DNA from: Patescibacteria group bacterium
GTDB taxonomy: Bacteria > Patescibacteriota > Minisyncoccia > Minisyncoccales > UBA10102
DNA: 64,000 bases
Direction: 5' to 3'
NCBI GenBank assembly: GCA_038062375.1
Contig: JBBTXG010000005.1
Location: 121,210 to 185,209 of the forward strand
Shown here piece after piece: positions 40,009 through 49,331 of this stretch. Each line of letters opens with the position of its first letter. Position 1 is the first letter of the stretch. The position numbers were made by a program, and so were the translations under genes. The notes below the pieces were generated by a model. The model did no database searches. It was not told the origin of the DNA and worked only from the letters and a program-made list of their open reading frames with translations.

Positions 40009-40098
40009 TTATTCTACCACATAGATTCGATTCCAGTCACCTTCGTCCAGGATTAGGTCACCACCACATTTGCTACAACTTCTGAGCAAAAAAGCCAT
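40009..40098 (-). CDS. candidate 29-aa peptide (MAFLLRSCSKCGGDLILDEGDWNRIYVVE)
   Basis: Not in the ORF track. A strong GGAGGGAGG RBS lies 5 nt upstream of the ATG. It lies immediately upstream of alaS. Confidence 0.3.
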   Translation of the reverse strand: MAFLLRSCSKCGGDLILDEGDWNRIYVVE

Positions 40099-40143
40099 AT
40101 ATTCCTCCCTCCTTATAAAACAAAGATATAGAAAAGAAAAGTG

Positions 40144-41205
40144 CTACTCTATCACTCCTGCTCCAAGAAGCTGATCGCCCCGATAGATCACGGCGATCTG
40201 CCCGGGAGTGATAGCCCGCTGTGGTGCTTCAAATATTATACATACTTTGTCCCCAGAGTCAATATGAAGAGTTGAGCGTGCAAAGGGCTGACGATATCGG
40301 ATCCTCGCCGCAACATTCCCAAAAGATCTCTCGCTTGGAGAAACAAACCAATTGATGTCTCGCACTTTTACTTCTTTTTTATACAAATCTTTCTCATCCT
40401 TGCTCACCACCAAGAGATTTTGTTCCATGTCCTTGCCTATCACATAATAAGGTCCTCCGGACAAGCGAATCCCCTTTCGCTGGCCAATGGTGTAATAAAA
40501 TACTCCTTCGTGTTTACCTAATGTATTGCCGCTTATATCTACAATATCTCCTGTCTGCGAGGGGATGTATCGCATGAGAAATTTCCTGAAATCGACTTTC
40601 CCAACAAAACAAATCCCTTGGCTGCTCTTGCGCTCGGCATTTGGCAAACCGAACTTCCGAGCCATCGTCCTTACTTCTTCTTTGGTATGATCCCCGACGG
40701 GAAACAATACCCGAGAAAGAACTTCCGGCTTCACAAATGAGAGAAAATAAGATTGGTCCTTGTTCTTATCCTTACCTGCTAAGATACTCATTCTGCCATC
40801 TGTATGCTCAACTCTTGCATAGTGCCCGGTTGCAACAAAATCTGCGCCAAGGATCATTGCCTTCTCAAAAAACAACCCGAACTTAATCTCTTTGTTGCAT
40901 GCAACATCAGGATTCGGAGTAATCCCCTTTTGATACCCTTCGAGCAAGTATTCTACCACTCTTTCTCGATATTCTTTGATAAAATTCCAAGTGTAAAATG
41001 GAATTCCCAAGTGCGCTGCCGCTAATCTTGCCGATCTCTCGTCATCTACTGAAGTGCATCCTCTATACAAAGGGTCATCTGCGTTCCAACACTTCATGTA
41101 TATTCCGACCATGTCAAATCCGCCCTTCTTCAAAAGCGCTGCCGCAACGCTACTATCCACTCCTCCTGACATTGCTACGAATACTTTTGCTTTTTTCTTG
41201 GTCAT
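40144..41205 (-). CDS. mnmA: tRNA-specific 2-thiouridylase
   Basis: From MTKKKAKVFVAMSGGVDSSVAA (PP-loop). Confidence 0.92.
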   Translation of the reverse strand: MTKKKAKVFVAMSGGVDSSVAAALLKKGGFDMVGIYMKCWNADDPLYRGCTSVDDERSARLAAAHLGIPFYTWNFIKEYRERVVEYLLEGYQKGITPNPDVACNKEIKFGLFFEKAMILGADFVATGHYARVEHTDGRMSILAGKDKNKDQSYFLSFVKPEVLSRVLFPVGDHTKEEVRTMARKFGLPNAERKSSQGICFVGKVDFRKFLMRYIPSQTGDIVDISGNTLGKHEGVFYYTIGQRKGIRLSGGPYYVIGKDMEQNLLVVSKDEKDLYKKEVKVRDINWFVSPSERSFGNVAARIRYRQPFARSTLHIDSGDKVCIIFEAPQRAITPGQIAVIYRGDQLLGAGVIE

Positions 41206-41306
41206 CCCACTTATAGAAAACAATGTTTCCATAAAAAAATCAAGCCCATGTGGGCTTGAATATCGAAGCGAAGTACCAGACAAATCTGATTTCGCGCTAC
41301 GGTTAT

Positions 41307-41726
41307 CTACCCTTCTATCACCCTATATATTCCCCGAAATCTAGCTTTATCATACCCTAAAAATTCTTGGTAGCCCTCCCGTACCACCGTCCCCTTCCTC
41401 GACGAAGCATGAATCACCATGCCCCCTCCCGCGAAAATCCCATTATGTCCTACTCCATTCTTTGCTCTCTGCTCATCGCGGTATGCGCCCCAGCGGCAAT
41501 CACCAATAAATAGGAGATCGCCTGGCCTCCATAAGTCAGGGGCAACAGGATCCCCATAATACAATTGTCCTATAAGACTTCTCGGGAGAAAGATACCGCA
41601 TTGTGCAAATATCCACTCAATCAATGTGTAACAATTCACCATAGAAGGCGGGCGAGAGTTTTCCTCCCAGAAATTGTACCGGGAAACTCCCACGCACCCT
41701 TGAGCGACCTCAACTGGACTTCTCAA
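41307..41726 (-). CDS. NlpC/P60 (C40) family peptidase-like protein
   Basis: 139 aa with a Cys in NCYTLIEWIF and a His in GHNGIFAGGGMVIHAS. Confidence 0.65.
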   Translation of the reverse strand: MRSPVEVAQGCVGVSRYNFWEENSRPPSMVNCYTLIEWIFAQCGIFLPRSLIGQLYYGDPVAPDLWRPGDLLFIGDCRWGAYRDEQRAKNGVGHNGIFAGGGMVIHASSRKGTVVREGYQEFLGYDKARFRGIYRVIEG

Positions 41727-41764
41727 CGCTCCCTCCTTTCCGGATTGAAAGTGCTATGAAAGAA

Positions 41765-42283
41765 CTAAGAGAATCGATCCGCAACCGTAGAGGCGGCAAA
41801 AGACTCCGGTTTTATTTTTGGCTCAAAGCCGTTCCCTCGGATGAGACCAGTTACTTCTCGAATCATATCTTTGGTTGCTCCGTTTTCGCCAATGTCTGCA
41901 TGGATGTATTGGAATTGATAGTTTACTTGAAGCACTCTTTCTTGGAGTTTTGTTGCAAAGTTATCTCGCAACCATAAAGCGAGTTGACAGGAAAGCAACA
42001 CTTCCTCTAAAATCCTGTCGTGAAGATTATAAAACTTTCTTGGGGCAGGATAGTGAATACGCTTTAAGAAAAATCTCCCTCCCTCTCCTTTTCTCAAAAC
42101 TACAATCACCGTAGGAAAGGTTGGGTCTTCGCTCGCAGAAGAGTCGCATCCCACGACAATTTCATATGATTTGGTGGGCTTTTCTCCCATATAGCAGATT
42201 ATCTCCTCGATTACTTCTTCCAAAAAGAGATTGCCCTTCGTCGGGTTATAGAATTTTCCATCATTAAAAAAATCCATGTTCAT
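41765..42283 (-). CDS. DUF458/YkuK-like RNase H-fold protein
   Basis: 172 aa. YEIVVGCDSS...TVIVVLRKGEGGRFF resembles the YkuK family. Confidence 0.5.
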   Translation of the reverse strand: MNMDFFNDGKFYNPTKGNLFLEEVIEEIICYMGEKPTKSYEIVVGCDSSASEDPTFPTVIVVLRKGEGGRFFLKRIHYPAPRKFYNLHDRILEEVLLSCQLALWLRDNFATKLQERVLQVNYQFQYIHADIGENGATKDMIREVTGLIRGNGFEPKIKPESFAASTVADRFS

Positions 42284-42288
42284 TTACT

Positions 42289-43053
42289 CTACCCTACTCT
42301 CGCATTTTTCACAAGTGAGATAAATTCTTTTGCATCTAAAGAGGCTGAACCAACCAAAGCGCCTTGAGCTTTTCCCTCCTCGATAAATTCTTTTATATTT
42401 TTGCGATTCACGCTTCCCCCATATAAAATCCTTATGTTTTCTCCAGTCCCTTTTCCAAACATCGTATCAAGAACAGCACGGATGGAAAAGAGAGACTGCC
42501 GGATTCTTTGAGGAGAAGCGGGTTCAGCCCCCTCTGTGGTACTTATTGCCCATTCTGGTTCGTAGGTGAGTACAATCTTTCGGACTTCTTGGGAGCTCTC
42601 CATACCCTTGAGGAGGGCTTCTAACTGCTTCTGGAGTTGTCTTTGATTATTTTCTGAACTCCTCTCCTTTTCTCCAACACATACAATAGGAGTAAGACTT
42701 GCTTCCAAAACCGCATGGAGTTTTTTGTTGATCATCTCGATTGTTTCCCCAAGGTAATTTTTTCTCTCTGAATGTCCCAAGATGACATACGAACATCCCA
42801 AACTTTTCAACATCGAGGGTGATACTTCTCCTGTAAAAGCTCCTTTCGTCTCCCAAAAACAATCTTGAGCTCCAATCGATATCTTGTACCTCCCGTGCGG
42901 GAGATTGGGAAGATGAACAAAAGGAGGACAAATCGCCACTTCTATTTTTTGCAGGTTCTCCACGCCCTTCGCTACCATAGTAAAAAGCTCCAGTGCTTTA
43001 TGTTCTGTCTCGGGATTCATCTTCCAATTTCCTACAATAAATGTCTTACTCAT
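42289..43053 (-). CDS. tpiA: triosephosphate isomerase
   Basis: 254 aa with GNWKMN, ILGHSERK and YEPEWAI. Confidence 0.95.
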   Translation of the reverse strand: MSKTFIVGNWKMNPETEHKALELFTMVAKGVENLQKIEVAICPPFVHLPNLPHGRYKISIGAQDCFWETKGAFTGEVSPSMLKSLGCSYVILGHSERKNYLGETIEMINKKLHAVLEASLTPIVCVGEKERSSENNQRQLQKQLEALLKGMESSQEVRKIVLTYEPEWAISTTEGAEPASPQRIRQSLFSIRAVLDTMFGKGTGENIRILYGGSVNRKNIKEFIEEGKAQGALVGSASLDAKEFISLVKNARVG

Positions 43054-43676
43054 GATCTATTTTTACTTTTGAGATTTCGAAGGTGTCTCTGTATCCACCA
43101 TATTCCCAAACCCCCTATCATTGCAATAATAACCCAATCGAACTTGCGAACATAACCTTCGAGAAAGTGCCAATTCTCTCCCATTACAATCCCTGCATAA
43201 ACGAGAAGGAAACTCCATATCAGAGAACCAACAAAAGTATAGAGAGAAAATTTCCAAATATTCATTCGTGCAACACCGGCGGGAAAAGAAATAAATGTTC
43301 TCACTACCGGAAGCATACGAGCTCCAAAAGCAGTAATCGCCCCATATTTTTGAAACCAACGATCCGCCAATTCCAAATCGTGTCTGCTGATGAGAAAAAA
43401 CTTTCCGTATTTTTCGAGAAAAGGTCTCCCTCCGAAAAATCCAAGATAATAAGAAACAAGAGATCCTGCCAGATTTCCTATTGCGCCCCAAAAGACAACC
43501 CAACCAAGAGAAAGTTTCCCCTGAAACACCAAAAATCCAGCAAAGGGCATGATGATCTCCGAAGGAATGGGGATGTTTGCGCTCTCCAAAGCCATAAGGA
43601 CGCCTATCCCCGCATATCCTATTGTTGCGATAACAGAGATTACGAATGATGCGATCCGTTCGAGAATAAACTCCAT
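43050..43676 (-). CDS. DedA-family membrane protein
   Basis: 208 aa with the DedA-type pattern (PIPSEIIMPFAG...RMLPVVRTFISFPAG). Confidence 0.85.
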   Translation of the reverse strand: MEFILERIASFVISVIATIGYAGIGVLMALESANIPIPSEIIMPFAGFLVFQGKLSLGWVVFWGAIGNLAGSLVSYYLGFFGGRPFLEKYGKFFLISRHDLELADRWFQKYGAITAFGARMLPVVRTFISFPAGVARMNIWKFSLYTFVGSLIWSFLLVYAGIVMGENWHFLEGYVRKFDWVIIAMIGGLGIWWIQRHLRNLKSKNRS

Positions 43677-43837
43677 GAAGTTCGAAGGATAGATAATTTT
43701 TTATATTTTATCACGGATTTCCGTAAAAAGAAAATTATGTCGAGGTCATCTCAAAACCCTTTATTCTCCTTAGTCAAATACCCTGCGGTCTTCGCGCAGG
43801 GAACTTTATCTGCACCAGTGCGGAGTTACGCTAATTT

Positions 43838-43868
43838 TACTTGTGCTAGGCTTAGCCTAGCACAAGTA
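43838..43868. repeat. perfect 14-bp stem / 3-nt loop hairpin
   Basis: TACTTGTGCTAGGC-tta-GCCTAGCACAAGTA. Confidence 0.8.
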
Positions 43869-44008
43869 GTCAAAGCGCTACTACCTCACCTTACACAATT
43901 CTTCACACAATTCTTCTATCTCGTATTATTTGCATATGCAAGAATTACGAGACGCGTTCGAAAAAAGTCATGAAAGCCCGCTTGGAATTTTCTTTGCGTG
44001 GCTGGCGC

Positions 44009-45169
44009 TTACGAGTTCGATTTTTTCTCGAAGTACTGCATCAGACATGTCTTCAATTGATCCAAATTTTCGTTGCTTGTGCGAAATCCTGAAGCTTGAG
44101 GATGCCCACCATACGTATGGAGAAACTTTGCACAATGCTGCATTGCATCTACCGTATCCAAACCAGCAGGCGCGCGCACACTCCCGAGACTTTCCTTACG
44201 AGTTTTTTTGAAAAGGAACACCGGTTTTCCCGATTCTCTTGAGATGATGGAAGCTCCCGCGCCAAGCAATTCATAATCAAATGATTCTCCCCCTTCGAAC
44301 ACCGCGGAATCTGCATTCTTATGAAAAATGCGCGTTCGAAGTTCTTCTGCGATTTTCTTAATCTGTTCTTTGCGGATTTTGCTTTTTTCCGTAAATGTTT
44401 TGAGCATTCTCTTTACTTTCAGCAACGAAGGACAAGTCAAAAAGCGAAAAGCGCCTGACAATCCTTTCTTGGTATCTCGCACATTTAAAATAGAAATCAT
44501 CTGCTGCACCTTTTCTTGCAAAGGCCACGGCTCTCCAAAAAGATCCGACTCAAGAAATGCTCTGATTCCCGGCCTCCAAGAATATGGTAAAGCATCGAGT
44601 CCCTCTTGGATAATTGCAACATTGTCAGCTTCTCTTGCCATCATATCTGCGATCGTCCCCAAGGCGGCTAGCTCCACCATATTTTTGCGGAGCGAATCTG
44701 AGAGATCTCTTCCCAACAGTTCTTGACCCAACCGAAAAGCCAAACCGCAAGCCGCGAATTCCTTAAAAGGATATTCATCTCCCGGCTGTTTTGGATCTAC
44801 CACAATATCCGCGTCTGGAAGCTTCCCTAATACTTTGTGATGATCAATCACAATAACTTCAAAACCGAGCCCCTTGGCAATTGGAATCTCTTCAAAATTC
44901 GAAATGCCCAAATCGAAACAAATCAGCAGCGCGGGCGCGTGATGTTTCAAACGAGCGAGCGCTTTGCGCGTGATGCCGTATCCTTCCTTCTCTCTATCGG
45001 GAAAATAAAACGCTGTTATGATACCGCCAAGACTCTTGATCGCCTCTTGAAGAATGATCACGGAGCAGATGCCGTCTAAGTCTCCATCCCCATAGAGGAT
45101 GATATGCTCTTTCTCTTTGATTGCCTTTTTAATTCTCCTTGCAGCTTTGGTAAGATTTTTGATTTCCAT
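44009..45169 (-). CDS. DHH/DHHA1 phosphoesterase (RecJ/NrnA-like)
   Basis: DGDLDGICS, VIVIDHH and GGHPQASGF motifs. Start chosen at MEIKNL. Confidence 0.8.
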   Translation of the reverse strand: MEIKNLTKAARRIKKAIKEKEHIILYGDGDLDGICSVIILQEAIKSLGGIITAFYFPDREKEGYGITRKALARLKHHAPALLICFDLGISNFEEIPIAKGLGFEVIVIDHHKVLGKLPDADIVVDPKQPGDEYPFKEFAACGLAFRLGQELLGRDLSDSLRKNMVELAALGTIADMMAREADNVAIIQEGLDALPYSWRPGIRAFLESDLFGEPWPLQEKVQQMISILNVRDTKKGLSGAFRFLTCPSLLKVKRMLKTFTEKSKIRKEQIKKIAEELRTRIFHKNADSAVFEGGESFDYELLGAGASIISRESGKPVFLFKKTRKESLGSVRAPAGLDTVDAMQHCAKFLHTYGGHPQASGFRTSNENLDQLKTCLMQYFEKKSNS

Positions 45170-45185
45170 CTCTTTCACAAAAGAT

Positions 45186-46259
45186 TTACAAATTACCATG
45201 AAGGGCTTCTAATCCTGGCAATTTTTCTCCTGCCAGAAAGGCGAGCATTGCTCCTCCTCCTGTGGAAACATGATCAAATTGGTCGCGCAAACCATATTCC
45301 CCTAAAAACGCAACCAGATCTCCTCCCCCTGCAACAGAAAAGGCTTTGCTTTTCAGAATAGTTTTTGCGATTGCGAGGGAACCTATAGTATATTGTTCTT
45401 CCTCAATTTTCCCAAGAGGCCCTGCCCAAAAAACAGTGTTTGCGCCTCTCATTTTCTCCTGAAAAAGCGCAATGGTACGCGGTCCGATGTCGAGCGCTCC
45501 TTTCTGTTGAGGAATCCCATCAACTGGTCCTATGATTTTCTCCGATCCGCGAAACGAAAGTCCTTTCTGTACAATCTCCTCATACACGGGATTTCCTGTC
45601 AGAATCGTATCAGCACGAACAGACATTTCGTCAAGAAAATCTGCTTTCGTCTCAACTTTTGTTCCCCCAACAATCACCACCATTGGTTTTTGAGGATGCT
45701 CTCGAATCTCCGAGAGTATCTTTATTTCTCTTTCCAGCAGAAATCCTGCCCCAGAGGGCAAAAAAGAAGGAATTCCCGCGATAGACGCATGGGCTCGGTG
45801 ACACGCGTCAAACGCGTCATTGACAAAGATATCTCCTAACCCTGCAAGACTTCTTGCAAAGTCATCATCGTTTTCCTTCTCTCCTTTCAAGAATCGAAGA
45901 TTTTCAAGCAGCATCACTTCTCCAGGCTTCATTGCTCTGACTGCTTCCTGAACTCTTTCTCCTCCCCAATCATCGAGAAACATCACCCTTTTTCCTAACA
46001 ACTCTTCGAGCCGTTCTCCTACTTTTCTCAAACTTAACTTTTTATTTTCTATCTTTTGTTTTTGATTTTCCTCTGGTCTTCCCAGATGGCCAATAAGGAT
46101 GCACCTTGCTCTCTTTTCTATCGCATACTGAATGGTAGGAATACTCTGGCGCAGCCGAAAATCATCTTCGATACTTCCATTTTCCCCAAGAGGCACATTC
46201 AAACTGGATCTGATCAACACTCTTTTCCCTTCAATCACAAAATCTCTTATTGTCCTCAT
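45186..46259 (-). CDS. pgk: phosphoglycerate kinase
   Basis: 357 aa with RSSLNVPL, GHLGRP and STGGGA. Confidence 0.93.
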   Translation of the reverse strand: MRTIRDFVIEGKRVLIRSSLNVPLGENGSIEDDFRLRQSIPTIQYAIEKRARCILIGHLGRPEENQKQKIENKKLSLRKVGERLEELLGKRVMFLDDWGGERVQEAVRAMKPGEVMLLENLRFLKGEKENDDDFARSLAGLGDIFVNDAFDACHRAHASIAGIPSFLPSGAGFLLEREIKILSEIREHPQKPMVVIVGGTKVETKADFLDEMSVRADTILTGNPVYEEIVQKGLSFRGSEKIIGPVDGIPQQKGALDIGPRTIALFQEKMRGANTVFWAGPLGKIEEEQYTIGSLAIAKTILKSKAFSVAGGGDLVAFLGEYGLRDQFDHVSTGGGAMLAFLAGEKLPGLEALHGNL

Positions 46260-46277
46260 GCCTTTTTGCTCTGGGAA

Positions 46278-48002
46278 TTATTCTTTAAAATAAATCGTCT
46301 CTCCTGGCTGGAGAACTCCTTTCTTCTTCTCCCCTCTCTCCAAAGGATTCTTCGTGGTCGGCCCACCGGCTAATGCTTCTCTCAAAATTTGCCTAAGCGC
46401 TTCACGATTTGGCTCTTGAGGCTTTGAGACATTCCCTTGTCTTTCATTTCTTCTTTGTGAATGAAAAAATTGAGGTTCGTGGTGCAAAGCTTCTTTGAGT
46501 GAAATCGTTCCCCCAAGATCTCTCCTCGGAGGTCTCTCTTCCCCTTCACGAACAGGAGCTCTCTTGGTAAGCATTAACTTCTTCCTGCAGGATTTACAAT
46601 ACGTGGGGCGTTTTCCATCCGGAGGAAATACCACTTTCGTGTCCCTTCCGCACTGTGAACATCTTGCGTCATATAAAATCTGCTCCTGGGCTCGCGGAAT
46701 TGCTGCTGGCGGACCTTGCTGCGCTGGTTCTCTGATGAGAGACCATTCCGCAATACTTTTTTCCACGAGCTCAACTGCTGTGCCGTATCGATCTCGAGAC
46801 GCCTGTATAATTCTTTCTCTCTGCGATTCTTTCAGGACATCCAAAGGAGGAAGAGTTTCAGCCGAGAAAGGATGGCTTGCAATTCCGTCGATCATAAGCT
46901 TCACATAAATTTTGTATTTTCCGAGATTTACAAAATCTTCTTGGGTGAACTCTGGAGTGAATTCCATTTCGAGAGCTTCCGCATCCTCGGCCCCTATGCG
47001 AAACGATACAATCGTGCCCACATTCCCAAATACTGCGTCGCGGACCGTTTCGTCTAACTGCGCAATATATTGATGGCTCAAAACAAGCGCCAAACGATAC
47101 TTTCGAGCTTCCGAAAGAATATTCACAAAGCTCTCGGTCGCAAAATGCTGAAACTCATCGATATAAAGGAAAAAATCTTTTCGTTCTTCCTCTGGGATAT
47201 CAACCCGCGACATTGCCGCCAACTGTAACTTGGTGACGAGAAGACCTCCGAGGAGACGGGAATTGTCCTCCCCTATTCTTCCCTTGGAAATATTCACAAG
47301 AAGAATCTTCTGCGTATCCATGAGCTCTCGCATATCAACCGTCGTATGGGTTTGCCCTATAATATTCCGAATAAGGGGGTTGGAAACGAATTGGCCAACC
47401 TTGTTTTGGATTGCCGCAGTTGCTTCCACCTCATATCGTTGAGTATATCTTGCGTATTCTTGGAACCAAAATGCTTTTACCACAGGATCTTTTACTCTAT
47501 CCAATACTTCTTTTCGATAGTCAGGATCCGCAAGCATTCGATTGATTCCCAGAAGGGTGGAACCTGGATATTCCAGAAGAGCCAAGATTACATTATTTAA
47601 AATATACTCCATGCGAGCCGACCATACATCGGGCCATATTTTCTTAAACACCGACATTAAGCCGGAGACTACAATATGTCTTTTTTCTGCAGCTACTTCT
47701 TCCATCACATTAAACGCGATGGGGTATGTAATATCTGCGGGATTAAAATATACCACATCCCCAATGCGTTCCCTCGGAATAAAATCTAAAAGTTCTTCGA
47801 CTGCTTCTCCGTGGGGGTCAACAAAGCCCGTTCCATGACCTGCCAGAATATCTTGAATTGCCATGGTTTTTAACATTTCGGTCTTGCCCATCCCTGTTTT
47901 CCCAATGACATAAAAATGCCGACGTCGATCGTCGAGTTTGATGCCGAATTTCCGTTTAATGTTCCGGAAGTCTGTTTCTCCAAAGAAATTAATTTCAGCC
48001 AT
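46278..48002 (-). CDS. VirD4/TraG/TrwB-like P-loop ATPase with C-terminal CxxC...CxxC zinc ribbon
   Basis: 574 aa with Walker A (GKTGMGKT), Walker B (FLYIDEFQHF), and a tail reading CSQCGRDTKVVFPPDGKRPTYCKSCRK. Confidence 0.75.
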   Translation of the reverse strand: MAEINFFGETDFRNIKRKFGIKLDDRRRHFYVIGKTGMGKTEMLKTMAIQDILAGHGTGFVDPHGEAVEELLDFIPRERIGDVVYFNPADITYPIAFNVMEEVAAEKRHIVVSGLMSVFKKIWPDVWSARMEYILNNVILALLEYPGSTLLGINRMLADPDYRKEVLDRVKDPVVKAFWFQEYARYTQRYEVEATAAIQNKVGQFVSNPLIRNIIGQTHTTVDMRELMDTQKILLVNISKGRIGEDNSRLLGGLLVTKLQLAAMSRVDIPEEERKDFFLYIDEFQHFATESFVNILSEARKYRLALVLSHQYIAQLDETVRDAVFGNVGTIVSFRIGAEDAEALEMEFTPEFTQEDFVNLGKYKIYVKLMIDGIASHPFSAETLPPLDVLKESQRERIIQASRDRYGTAVELVEKSIAEWSLIREPAQQGPPAAIPRAQEQILYDARCSQCGRDTKVVFPPDGKRPTYCKSCRKKLMLTKRAPVREGEERPPRRDLGGTISLKEALHHEPQFFHSQRRNERQGNVSKPQEPNREALRQILREALAGGPTTKNPLERGEKKKGVLQPGETIYFKE

Positions 48003-48005
48003 AGT

Positions 48006-49316
48006 TCATTCTTCTTGTACAGGCAATCCTGCAGGTGCTTGCCCTTTCCTTACCTCTACTCTTGGTGCAGCACCAGAAGGAAATGTGATCTTGCTTGGGA
48101 AATGAAACATAGACGCGAGCTCTTCAATATTTAACACAAAGGAGCCACCCCCAAATGCTGGCCAGTAAGGACCAAGTCGATTGATGTGCCTCACAAAAAG
48201 ACGACGCCTGCGCACATATCCTCTCCTCCTATCAAGGGGAAACGTAAGGATCGTGTGAACCTTTGTTGTCTCTAGAGGTCGCAGAAAATTCGCGTGAGCA
48301 GTGCTAAACTGCTGAAAGTAACTCATGGCAAGCGCTTTTGCCGAGCTGTCGTACTTATCGGTCCTCGCAATATAGACAAATCGAAGCACGGTGTCGAACG
48401 AGGGCTTCGAGAGCTTTTCTTCAATTCCGGAAACAATTTCTCTTTCTCCTGGCGTTAACTTCATCTCGGGCGGAATAATTTCTTGCTGCTGTTGAGCTTG
48501 AGGGACCTCGGGAGCCTTTCCCGTGACCAATACGGACCCTACGCTTCCAAGATCTTGCCAAACCGTAGATGGTTTTACTGGCTCTGGCCTTCGCACCAAT
48601 TTATCAACAATTTTTCTTCCTTGGGCAACATAGGGCTTTCCTGCCTCATCGACGGGGGAGAAAGGTGTCATAAGAAAATGAATCCACATGTGCTCCCCTT
48701 CTCCCAATCTCGACAGCCCCTCTACAAGAATTGCTATGGGATCTACGCGTTTTTCTTCTTTTGTGTCAGGACTCACCTCAAAAAACTTCGAATAGGTTTT
48801 GATAGGATAACAGGAGGGATTATTGAGCTTGTAACTGGCACCCCACATGCGCCAATCTTTATTGGGGATATTCTGGGGGATTGCTTTCGTATAATCTTCC
48901 ACTTCCTGAAGTTCTGCATCCGGGTATTGAGAATAGACCGCTGATTCAAAGAGTTTACGCTGGCTTTTGGGAATTCGAAGATAGAAATGCACCTGTCCCT
49001 CAACAGAGACAATCTCGATGGCAAATCCTAACTGATACTGACCCTCCAGCCATTTCTCTCTTGGGTTGGGAGGATCGTAGATCTGCCAAAAACCTGAAAA
49101 AACGCTCTCCATCGCTTTCAGGGGCTTCTCTACGTTTTGAGGCATTTTTATCTCAAGGGTAATACGAGGAGTTCTTGCATCAAAGAGGTCACTCCTCCAG
49201 TACAGCCAGAAATAGATAAAAGGACGAAACAGAAAAAATGGAGGGAATATCCACCACCATGTTTTCAGAAATCCCCACACAAACGCCAGCAGAGGATTAA
49301 GGAAAGAAATATCCAT
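48006..49316 (-). CDS. membrane protein partner of the VirD4-like ATPase
   Basis: 436 aa with an aromatic-rich N-terminal TM pair. Only a 3-nt gap separates it from the ATPase gene. Confidence 0.6.
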   Translation of the reverse strand: MDISFLNPLLAFVWGFLKTWWWIFPPFFLFRPFIYFWLYWRSDLFDARTPRITLEIKMPQNVEKPLKAMESVFSGFWQIYDPPNPREKWLEGQYQLGFAIEIVSVEGQVHFYLRIPKSQRKLFESAVYSQYPDAELQEVEDYTKAIPQNIPNKDWRMWGASYKLNNPSCYPIKTYSKFFEVSPDTKEEKRVDPIAILVEGLSRLGEGEHMWIHFLMTPFSPVDEAGKPYVAQGRKIVDKLVRRPEPVKPSTVWQDLGSVGSVLVTGKAPEVPQAQQQQEIIPPEMKLTPGEREIVSGIEEKLSKPSFDTVLRFVYIARTDKYDSSAKALAMSYFQQFSTAHANFLRPLETTKVHTILTFPLDRRRGYVRRRRLFVRHINRLGPYWPAFGGGSFVLNIEELASMFHFPSKITFPSGAAPRVEVRKGQAPAGLPVQEE

Positions 49317-49331
49317 TTTTGATTTTGGATT

